Part shown: piece after piece, positions 22,507 through 32,000 of the stretch
Layout: the number at the start of each line of letters is the position of its first letter
Numbering within the stretch: the first letter of the stretch is position 1
DNA from: Wallemia ichthyophaga EXF-994
Lineage: Eukaryota; Fungi; Basidiomycota
Assembly (NCBI RefSeq): GCF_000400465.1
Contig: NW_008806291.1
Span: 103,670-135,669 of the forward strand
DNA length: 32,000 nt
Direction: 5' to 3'
Made by a program: the position numbers and the translations under genes
The notes under the pieces: generated by a model
What the model was told of the DNA's origin: nothing
The model's input: the letters and a program-made list of their open reading frames with translations, nothing else
Database searches by the model: none

Positions 22507-22965
22507 ATGAATAATCTATTAAGGCCAGTCAGACGATTCTCAACTTCAATTTATAGACAAACTATCCATAATGATTTAAATATTATCAATCAAAACCGTA
22601 ACAAGGTTCTTCTGCTTGACTTCACTGCGGAGTGGGTTAGTTTCCTCCTTCATCTTCTAGCTTTTCCACTCAAGATCTCCAGTGCCCGCCTTGTAAACTT
22701 TTAGGTCCTTTATTAGAAAATGTCAGCCAATCTGAAACCAGCAAGGTTGATCTAATCAAAGTGAGTGTTCTGTAGACAATAAGCTATAGCGCTCATGACG
22801 CGAATTAAGATCGACGTCGATGAAAACATTCCTCTGGCTCAAAAATATGGAGTTAGTTCAATGCCAACTGTCATAGCTGTCAAGAATGGTGAACCTGTAA
22901 GCAAATTCGTAGGCGCAATCAACAAGAACCAATTGGATGAATTTGTAAACCACGTTTCAGCTTAG
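22507..22965 (+). CDS. Thioredoxin, probably mitochondrial (WCPPC active site); 2 introns
   Basis: Presequence-like N-terminus MNNLLRPVRRFSTS. The spliced product reads LDFTAEW|CPPCKLLGP...IDVDE...VSSMPT. TAG at 22963-22965. Confidence 0.9.
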
Positions 22966-23048
22966 ATGTCATGTTGTTACCGTAATTATATCATCAACCT
23001 TCGTTATCTTTAATCCATCATCTGCTTTTTGAACCGTAAAACTCCTCA

Positions 23049-24470
23049 ATGCTACGATCTAAGCGGTTAAAATACTCATTTTTACCCTCAAACACCCTAC
23101 AATTTCAAAAGCGACGGTCAACCATCTTGGCTTGTAAAGAAGCTTTACTTATCACTGCTAGAGCTTCCTTGCTAGCTGCTCCTTTCATCTGGCATTTTAA
23201 ATTACACAAAAAGTATAAAAAGACTACTGGTTGGTTTATAAAAACCCCTGTCATTCTAGCATGTCTAGTCATAGCTATAGGCTTGGATTTATCCCCAATA
23301 ACAGGTAGATGGAGATTACTATGGATGTCTGAGCAAGATGAACTAGAGTGGTCAAATATGAGATTAAAGTCTCTTTTGAACAAGGACGAAAATTTTGCTA
23401 TCTTGGACAATAGTGATCCTCGTACAAAGTCAATCCTCAGAATAACCAGAAGGCTAGTCAACACCCTACCATCTTCAAATAAAGTATCAATTCTACCTAC
23501 CTGGCCAGATCCTATCACTCACGGTATATCCTCCTTAGTTGATCGAAGAGACCTTAAGAAACCATCGACGACTACTTCACACATGGACATAGTTAACTTT
23601 CCAGACGGTCTAACTCTACATCATCCTGATCTAAAGGCTAATTGGAACATTTACCTTATAGATGATGATACTCAATTCAATGCTTACGCCATGCCTAGTA
23701 AAGATATTGTCATTTATACAGGATTAATGGATTTACTAGACTACAGAGAGGATTTCTTATCAACTGTATTAGCTCACGAGATTGCACATGTTACTCAAAG
23801 ACATGCTATTGAAAACGTAAGTACTCTCATCTTGACATTACCTTCGTCTAGCTCATACGGATTCACAGCTGGGCGTGAGTTTTCAGATTAAGATGCAATT
23901 TGACGCTCAACCCTAATCGACTACAGCTTCAAAACTTGGCTGCCGTTGTCTTTGATTTCGTCAGAGGTGCTATAGTTTCTTTTACTATGTGAATAATTAG
24001 TCACGAAGATAATACTCAACTAACAACTAAAGCAGACCATTTCCAATAGTAACATCGTCACTTACCTTAGCAATAAACTGGATCAATGACCCTCTCAGTG
24101 ATAGTGCATTCTCACGTAAACTAGAACTAGAAGCAGATGTTGTAGGCTTAAACATCATGGCTAGGTTTGTTTGTTTGTCTTTTTACTTCTTTCTGTCTAA
24201 CAACCCTCTTAGAGCTGGTTTCAATCCAACTTGCGCGCTCCAACTATGGTCTATAATGTCTGCATTCGACAAAGATAACAATGAGAATAAATCAATCTTT
24301 GAGCAAGCCTTCCCATTTCTGAACACTCACCCACCATCAGAATACAGGCTCAGCGTGGGTGCTTAACTTATTCATAAACACTGACGTAACATACACAGAA
24401 CCTTCGAAAACATATGAATGAAGCTATAGATATTTACAATAATACACTAACAGATAAGATTATTAAATAA
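23049..24470 (+). CDS. OMA1-like M48 zinc metalloendopeptidase; 5 introns
   Basis: SPITGRWR, FNAYAMP, VLAHEIAHV (HEXXH), SRKLELEADVVG and FLNTHPP. TAA at 24468-24470. Confidence 0.9.
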
Positions 24471-24475
24471 GCTAT

Positions 24476-25212
24476 TTATCTACCTGGAGACATTGATCTA
24501 TTTCTTGATCCATGCCCATTGCTTTCAGGTTGAGTAGCAGGTTCATGTAATTTCCTTTCAAGTCTTTGAGAGTGTTGTAAATCCCTAATTAATGATCTTG
24601 TTGGTCTCTTCAGGTGCATGAAGTTGCAGAATCCTCCTCTGTTACAATCACCTGTATCGTTTTGCCTGCAGCAAGCTTCTCTGAAATCCGTGACAGGGCT
24701 TAACTCGCAATGCAAAGGTCTGCCAGCATACCACCTTTCATTTAATCGATCAACTGCTACTTGTGCCTCTGTTTCCCATTCGAACCTAGCATAAACGTTT
24801 CCAATCAAATGATCACCAACATTATCGCATACGTGCAACTCTAATAAATTTCCGTACTTGCAAAGTTCCCTGTTTATGAAATGAGCCCCTAATCAAGCTA
24901 TCATGCTAGCGACTCACATGTATAAATCTTCGAAGAACATATCAAAGTCAACTTGAATACCCCTTTGGTCTAATTTACTATCTGGTCTATGTGCTGGACT
25001 CTGGTATACGTTAGGCAAAAGTATAGTCTGCGAGAACTGTGGTTTGATGTGCTTTCTAGAACATCTTTCACCGTGGCGACATGCACCTATCTATAGAGAA
25101 AGCGTCAGTGATGCTAAATCATTCATAACACTATATTTACCTTATAATAGAATGAGCAATTCACTCTATCTTGCTCTGTACCAAATATCGAAGCTAAGCG
25201 CGAAGCGGCCAT
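24476..25212 (-). CDS. U2AF1: Splicing factor U2AF small subunit (U2AF35/U2AF23); 2 introns
   Basis: LASIFGTEQDRVNCSFYYK|IGACRHGERCSRKH, a UHM domain with CDNVGDHLIGNVY, and a second CCCH finger CCRQ...CNRGGFCNFMH. Confidence 0.97.
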
Positions 25213-25256
25213 TGATGGAAGTTTAAATGAGAAGATCAAAATAAATATTATGTATC

Positions 25257-26989
25257 TTAAGTGGGTATATTCAAAGTGTGTACATTCAAGAATCCGATCT
25301 TCAATAAGAATCTATATATATCCTCAATTTTTGAATTCTCGACATCGTTTATCAGTTTCGTTGCATCTTCCTTGGTCAATCTACCTGATCTTTTATGATA
25401 TTCCCTTGATATTGCCTCCTTAATAACAAGGTAAGGCTTTGGTAGAATCTTCAAAGTCTGACAAAGCTTTTGTTCTTCATGATTGAGTAAGTAGAGCGAT
25501 TGTGACGATGCTAATGACGTTGGCGTCTTCTTTATTGAACGAACGGATGGTGTGGACTCTCTAGAAAACTCTTCAGATTTCTTTGAATCCCTCCTGTTAG
25601 CAGTGATGCTATTGCTACTACCATTCTGTAATAACTGTTCACGTCCAGGCATTGGTCTGAAGGTTGCTCTTGCCACTTTGTCTTTTTCGTACAAATCGAC
25701 GTCTGCCAAATTAGTCAATCCCATTCTTCTATACTCTTGTAGTTCACCAATGCGTTTACGTAACGTCATTTCATAGACTAAGCCATCAACAAACCTCTCG
25801 TGTTCTTGTGCAGACTGCAACCTAGCAAACGGCTTAAGTCTATTCACCAAATCTTTCTCATCACGCGGTCGTTTCCTTTCCGTTGCCTGAATTTTCTTAT
25901 GTTGAAGTAAACCTCTATCAAAGATGAACCTTTTTGCAAGTAAACGCTTATCAACTCTGCCATTGTAGATGTCCATCAATGTAAGCTTCAATTGTAAGTC
26001 TGGATGAGGTTCATCCTCAACAATTTCCTCGTTTGGTGGAGGTGGTGGTAGTTCTGCTTCACCGCTCTCACTATTTTCTGACAATCAATGATGAGTATGA
26101 GCTTAATTCTATGAATGAGACGTACCTATCTTCACACGACTAGTACTACCAGGTCTGCGAGGATCAGGTAGACTATCACCTTTGTATCCATGTACTAGTC
26201 CAAATTCAAGGTCCTTGATCAACACTTCTGCTTCATTCTCTATTTCGTGCTCAAACTCAAGTCTACCAGGCATGAAGCCGCCAACTTCATGATTTGTAGG
26301 TACGGATGTAAGAGGTTTTGTCTTTGGAGGGGGGATTTCGATCGGTTTGTTGCGTAATTCTTCTATTCGAGCCTTTTTCCTTGCGTGAAAGGTATCCAAG
26401 TCAATTTTAATATCCGCATTTGAAGGCTAGCAAATGTATGAGCGTCATCTCATACCTAGCATGAGACGTACCGGCATGCAATCATCGCCAGACAAGTAGA
26501 CATTGTGGTAATGATCTGCAACCTCCTCTTTGGATCTGCTGCCGATATGGCCGCTAACGTCCAGCCAATTACCCAAACCATATAACTGACATCCTTCTAA
26601 CAAAAGAAGTTCTCTGCAAGTGATGCTTGTCAGCTAATTCGGGTAGCACATTACTGGCTTACTCATCTGCACCCCAATCATCTGTAAATATCGGATAGCT
26701 GTGTTGTTCGATGACTCTGTATGGATGCCACGGTTTGTGTTTGCCGATGGTTTTTCCTTCTAAAAAGCAAGGTGGGCAAAGATCGACCTCTTCGCAAGTG
26801 GAGGTTTCTGCGCATCTCATACGCACGGATTGAGTAATATCCCTAGCGCATGCATCGCAATGGAAGCGGATTCCCGGTTGGTAGTCTGTGGAGAAAAAGA
26901 TATAAATAATATTCAAATCACTCAGAATACTCACCAGGCGGTTTATCTGTTTCCTGTTGCTTATTAGGCCGCTTATGAGTCACCGTCAT
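25257..26989 (-). CDS. ADA2: SAGA/ADA transcriptional adapter 2; 4 introns
   Basis: ZZ finger HCDAC...DLCPPCF...HPYRVIEQHSYPIF, SANT domain DWGADE|ELLLLEG...GLGNW, GFMPGRLEFEHEIENEAE, and a C-terminal SWIRM domain (EQKLCQTLKILPKPYLVIK). Confidence 0.95.
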
Positions 26990-28899
26990 TTACTAGAATA
27001 CTGCTAAGTGACGGTCTATAACGAGAATTAAATTATTTTAAATTTAATAATCCGAAGCAAATGAGTTATTACTCTCTTATATTATTTATTTATTCTTACA
27101 AAAATTTAAAATATTCTGCAAATAATTATGCGCGGTGACGAGTGCGTCATAGCAGCTTAATGACTGCAAAATTGAGCAATCTTGGTATCATTCTGTAGCT
27201 ATCAATTGTGCAATGAATTTGAAAGGGGGTTATTTTTAATCGCGTAGTGATGTCCTCTGTACTAGTTCAGATAAATGTGGAATGTTTTAGGGAGAATAAC
27301 TTGGTATCTAAAATATAAATTTCTATTATTCAGCCTTCTGAAATTCAAACGCAGTCTCAAACACCCCCACCCAATTATTTGATTTCTCGAAATGCAACTA
27401 GTGAAACCAAACCCGATTTCAGAGTTTTGCTGAATACCAATTTTCTATACCTAAATCGTTAAATCCCTTCTTCCAAGTGTTGAATGAGGCGGGACGGCAA
27501 TACGTATCTCCTGCTGCCAGCCTTGAGTCCTGTAGACGCCATGCAGCGTGAAACTTTTTCGCGTTTATAGGACTGAATATTTCAAATTTCTGAGCACTTC
27601 CAGTCTTCCTCAGCCGGAATGCTTTCGTGCATTGGTGGAGCCCGTATGGTCATCCGTATTTATCTTATAGCGTGCTCCGGAGTGATTTCGGACGATGACT
27701 TCCAAGCAGCGTGCATGACGAAATTTGAGGCGCCAGAGATATAAATCTGGCTGGAACGTAATCCTTCCATCGAGGGCCACTAACGAGGTTGATTATTTGC
27801 AGATCATCAAAAGTCGTAGATAACCATCTGAGATGACATAGGGTGGTAGAGGAGAAGTCCAAGTTAGTGGATATTGGGCGGATTGTTGAGATAAGAATGT
27901 TTTTGGAATACTTAAGGGGTAAGAAATTAGATTTTATTGCTAAATTGTTCAAATTATCAGTATGTGGTATCCCTACGTTCGTCTTCTCACTTACTTGGTC
28001 GTTTTTACGGTTCCTTCGGACGAAGCAATTCAATAAAATGAACCATACTAATTTAAGGATTCTAATTTACTAAATTATGTATTAAATTCGCTCTACCATC
28101 CATAAACACATCTTGATGTCATCAGATATGTAGGGACGAGTCCCAGACAAAGCGTTTGTGGTTGGCGACAGGACAAATGACTTGAAAGATATTTCAGATT
28201 GCTCAGTGATATACTGCATCTGTGATCAATCTTCTTTGCGCATCTGTTCAGCCATCGGAGGCGAAATAATCGATAAGAAAGTGACACAATAATTTCAGGC
28301 TTCAATTCGGATTTACTAAACGATTTAAGATATCGATAGACGCATCAATGTGTACAACATTCCATCAATACAATACGTATGGCGGAACACGCGTGTCGCA
28401 CAGGTTCATAGGTCATTGTAATCTCCAGCAGCTTTAATGAATTTATCATTGTGCTTAGGACTGTAATTCCTCGGCACGAAGTAACTAGTGAACTGTTTAT
28501 AATAGTTCGCCTTACCAGGGTGAACCACGGTAAATTGATAAATCTGACAAGAACTTAAAACTTCCTTGTACTTGCTGTGCCTGGTGATAGCACTCCTGTC
28601 CAACAATGCGATTAGCAAGACACGCGAGAGCTTCATTCAGCCTAGTAAAATTGGGTGCTAGCAGCGTCGTATGCCGGAGTTTGTTTACTTTGGCGGTAGT
28701 AACGCACGCCATTAGTTAATCTCCCCCCAACACGATTCTACGAGGAACTGCTCACGCAGCAATCGCGCTGCCTGGAGCATTATCAGACGTGTCTAAATAT
28801 AACGGCCAGCATCCACACCTCCGAAATCTTACATTTATGCCTTCTTTCCCTGACGGCTCCAGCTGCTTACTTCAGCTGCGCAGCAGTATCACCACCGCT

Positions 28900-28995
28900 G
28901 CCGATGCAGTTTTCTGATTGGCCGATGCAGCTTTCAAAAAATCAATCGAAAAAATTGCGCACCTTTCGTCACCTCAATCATAGCATAATATAAAA
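28900..28995 (+). promoter_or_regulatory. Candidate core promoter of the 29109 gene: CCAAT (reverse, 28917-28921) flanked by a GCCGATGCAG direct repeat, plus TATAAAA (28989-28995)
   Basis: The motifs are read directly from the sequence 110-210 nt upstream of the ATG. Function is inferred. Confidence 0.5.
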
Positions 28996-29108
28996 GGAGG
29001 CTTCTCGCCTACCAACCATTAACTTGTACTCTCATTCAATTCATCAGTCTAGCATACCGTGAGCGGGGTGTCTTACTCTTTTTCAACGCGAGCTGACGCG
29101 CATGGAAG

Positions 29109-29579
29109 ATGTCCAAAAGAATCACACACCTCCCGTTCATATCAAGGTACGACGATGTCATGCATAAGAAGGTCGTCGATGCTTTGTATCAGCAGTGGAA
29201 ACACGATCAGCAACTCGAGAAGGCAAAGGTGCTTGCCGCAAACATCGACCTCTTCTTTGGCGTCACAACTAGCTCAGATACCTCTTCCGTCACTTCCGTA
29301 GAGACTAAGAACAAGGCGGGCAGTGGAGTTTTGACTGGTCTGATTAAGCGCGGATATAAGAAGATGCTTGGGAAATCAAAGTCTAGAGAATCCCGTGGGA
29401 ATGAAGAACGAGCAGAAGACACCGGTGAAGACCAAGCCGCCTCACCGCCACTCACGCCCATCAGTCGCGCAGACTCCATCGACAAAGACCGCCGCAACGC
29501 GAAAGGAATGGGCTACGACTTCAGTGACTTCGATTTGATGATGCTTGAATTATCTCACAGTTTTATCAGTCGTGAATAG
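29109..29579 (+). CDS. Hypothetical protein, 156 aa
   Basis: ATG-initiated ORF, visibly more GC-rich than its flanks, preceded by a TATA box and a probable 5'-UTR intron (29059-29108). No family recognised. Confidence 0.7.
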   Translation: MSKRITHLPFISRYDDVMHKKVVDALYQQWKHDQQLEKAKVLAANIDLFFGVTTSSDTSSVTSVETKNKAGSGVLTGLIKRGYKKMLGKSKSRESRGNEERAEDTGEDQAASPPLTPISRADSIDKDRRNAKGMGYDFSDFDLMMLELSHSFISRE

Positions 29580-29900
29580 ACACCATAACATACCTGTACA
29601 TTATAACATTTGCACTTCGCTCAAGCAACTTATAGACAGAGCACACTTGTACACTTTCAATAGCATCAAAATACCGCTATTATACGTAAATTAGCATTTC
29701 TATACATATTAAATCAGTCCAATTGTATTTGAGATAAGATTTCGTGCTGTTCGACACGTTGTCTTCATATCGGATTCACAATGTCCACGTATACTCTTAA
29801 AAGGTATTATCCAAGTTGTAGTTGTAATGCGTTACTAGAAGTATTCAAAAATCCTCACCAAGGTTAGAAGATCGCTTCTAATTGAGACATAACTCACGGT

Positions 29901-30980
29901 CTATAGATGCGAGCTTTCAGCAATTGCCTTGTCGATGAATCCAACTTTGTCTTTTAGGGAATTAGTCATGTGGTGGGAGCGAGTCATGTAGAATCTTAAT
30001 TTGGCGACTGATGAGGTTTTTGACTGACCAAAAACTTGGATGAGATCGAAGAGGCAAACGCAACAAAGGAGGGTATCGTCTTGTCTGATTATTTGAGGTG
30101 GACTTAGTAATAGCTTGATATCATGTAATAGAGTGATGTAGAGCTGTTGCGACCGCAAATGAGAAGGTAAAGATGACCAAATGCTCTGCACAGCTTCAGA
30201 TGGATTGTTGTAAACAAACTTTGAATTAGGCTGGAAGACGAATGGTAGTAAGCTCACGAAATCCTTCTTCGCATCTGAAACGTCAGTTGATATGTTATCA
30301 AAACTGGACAGCAAGTTGAAAGAGTATCTGCGTAATATGAAGGCATATGCGAAAATAATAGCAGCAAGGTTTGATGATAGCAACTGACCACCTTCGAATA
30401 CAGGGATTGAGGTGAGATTGAAGGGATTGACAAAGGAAGTTGGGTCAAACTGATCGAACCAAGGTTGAAGCTGGTTTTGTAGTAGTTGAGTTAGATGAGA
30501 GCGATTCGATGGTAAGAATAGTTCATGGAAACGATCTTTTTCTGCTTGTGTGAGTATATTCAAAATGTCGTCATGCGTAGAATTATCAAGATCAATAGAT
30601 GATAGGCGTTGGATTAGGGTGTCATCATCATCGTCGCTATCTTCGTCTTTCAAAAAGTTCAAGTGATCTTCTGAAGTCTGGTTATAATGATTTTTGAGAA
30701 GATTGAGGAACTGATGATGCTGGGAGTGGTCGATGGGGGAGTCTTCCGTTTCCTTGAGCTGTTGAGTGACAAACCTATCACTGCATTGACCGTGCTTATC
30801 GGACTTATAGCAACTCAACGAACAGTACGGGACATTGCATGAAGGACAGATGTAAACGGACAGATTGAGCGAACAGATACCACAAACTTGCTGAGCGGAC
30901 GTAGACTGGATCTTATTGGCTGAATTTCCATGACTGAGTAATTCGATTTCATTATTCTCTCTGAGTCGAATCGGAGGCAT
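29901..30980 (-). CDS. HIT-type zinc finger protein, ZNHIT2-like; alternative upstream in-frame ATG at 31046
   Basis: zf-HIT motif CGIC...YICPSCNVPYCSLSCYKSDKHGQCSDRF, followed by an acidic patch and a helical region. Confidence 0.85.
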   Translation of the reverse strand: MPPIRLRENNEIELLSHGNSANKIQSTSAQQVCGICSLNLSVYICPSCNVPYCSLSCYKSDKHGQCSDRFVTQQLKETEDSPIDHSQHHQFLNLLKNHYNQTSEDHLNFLKDEDSDDDDDTLIQRLSSIDLDNSTHDDILNILTQAEKDRFHELFLPSNRSHLTQLLQNQLQPWFDQFDPTSFVNPFNLTSIPVFEGGQLLSSNLAAIIFAYAFILRRYSFNLLSSFDNISTDVSDAKKDFVSLLPFVFQPNSKFVYNNPSEAVQSIWSSLPSHLRSQQLYITLLHDIKLLLSPPQIIRQDDTLLCCVCLFDLIQVFGQSKTSSVAKLRFYMTRSHHMTNSLKDKVGFIDKAIAESSHL

Positions 30981-31006
30981 GAAAAGAGCTGCCTTTTGAG
31001 CAGACG

Positions 31007-32000
31007 ATGAGGATTTTGAATATTTTAAATTTATTAGGCACAGCATACGCTATAACTGAGCAAGTCTCCCAAGAGTTATTAGATTTGCACAAGAACTTGA
31101 TTCTGAATCCATCAATCACAAGAAACGAGACATTGGCTGTAGATTTCTTATCGACTTATCTTCAGTCAAAGGGCTGGAATGTTGAATTGCAGGACGTCAT
31201 CAACAAGGACATTAATCCTGACATCAAGAGACAGAACATATTCGCATACCTCAACGATCCTCAAGATGTAAAGATGATTTTAAACTCACATACAGACGTA
31301 GTACCACCTTATGTTGACTATCATTACACAACAGATGAACAAGGTCGCGACGTTATATACGGCCGTGGTGCGAACGACGCAAAAGGTCAAATAGCTGCTC
31401 AGATAACTGCAGCCCAACAAGTTCGATCAGCTGACCCAGAGATGTCAAAGTCTATTGGTTTGCTTTACGATTTGGGTGAAGAAGGTATATTCGATGGTGC
31501 AAAACATGCACAAGATAACCTCCCACCTAACTTGGAATACTTTATCGTAGGCGAGCCTACACAACTCGAGATGATATCTGGTCATAAGGGTGAGTGAGTT
31601 GAAATGGTCACAAACGTTGTAACCTGACACACATTTACAGGAAATATGGGATTCGAAATCAGAGCTAAAGGGTTAGCTGCTCACTCTTCATCTCCTCATT
31701 GGGGTGTTAACGCTATCGAGAAATTGTCTGAGGCTATTCTCAAGCTGGAATCTGTTAGCCTGCCTCATGATGAATTGTTAGGCGATACCACAATGGCAGT
31801 AACAAAGATATCCGGTGGTACTGCTATGAACAAAGTGCCAGATGAAGCAGTTGCTTATGTTAATGTCAGAACTTCCGTACCTACAGATGTCACATGGCAA
31901 GTATTGACGGAAACCGGGTTGGAGTCTGAATGGATAGAAATAGTATTGGTTGATGAGCCTCATAATCCAGTCATTGTGAGTAGATGAAAATACCCACCCC
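31007..32000 (+). CDS. Secreted M20 family peptidase (ArgE/DapE-like), 3'-truncated by the window edge
   Basis: Signal-peptide-like start MRILNILNLLGTAYA. Motifs NSHTDVVPP, GRGANDAKG, GEE, VGEPT and HK|GN...AAHSSSPHWGVNAI. A further intron begins at about 31976. Confidence 0.9.

Noticed and set aside
2636-25212. Apparent enrichment of mitochondrial (CYT2, mL40, DNAJC11, Trx, OMA1) and RNA-processing (POP5, LUC7, U2AF1) genes as a functional cluster
   Set aside because: The genes are interspersed with unrelated ones and belong to large functional classes, so there is no evidence of a pathway cluster.
27843-28073. ORF segment MFLEYLRGKKLDFIAKLFKLS resembling a transposase helix-turn-helix
   Set aside because: No DDE catalytic region or terminal inverted repeats were found nearby.
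1-32000. CRISPR arrays, rRNA, snRNA, telomeric repeats and intact mobile elements
   Set aside because: No regularly spaced repeats or diagnostic conserved RNA or transposase motifs were seen by eye. A covariance-model search was not possible.

Overview
This is eukaryotic DNA from a very compact, AT-rich fungal genome. The many short (44-60 nt) GT-AG introns and the gene set suggest a basidiomycete, probably Wallemia-like; this assignment is an inference. I can support about 23 protein-coding genes, mostly conserved housekeeping genes: CYT2-type heme lyase, Rid1-like formin GBD protein, DUF4336 protein, mL40, DNAJC11, OGG1, POP5, LUC7, GAA1, an inositol 5-phosphatase, an Apc15-like protein, ERG8, a USP-domain protein, TLG2, a mitochondrial thioredoxin, an OMA1-like M48 protease, U2AF small subunit, ADA2, a ZNHIT2-like protein, a secreted M20 peptidase, and 2-3 orphans. 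I recognised no rRNA, tRNA, CRISPR array or transposase. The most striking property is the gene architecture. Divergent start codons lie only 6, 22, 26, 28, 45 and 70 nt apart, convergent stop codons only 5, 8, 11 and 15 nt apart, and one tandem pair only 12 nt apart. Promoters, UTRs and terminators therefore have to sit inside neighbouring coding sequences or be nearly absent. Two unexplained gene-poor blocks (1-2635 and 26990-29108) contrast with this density. A probable 6-nt micro-exon is present in the OMA1-like gene. All exon joins were worked out by hand and have not been validated with transcripts.
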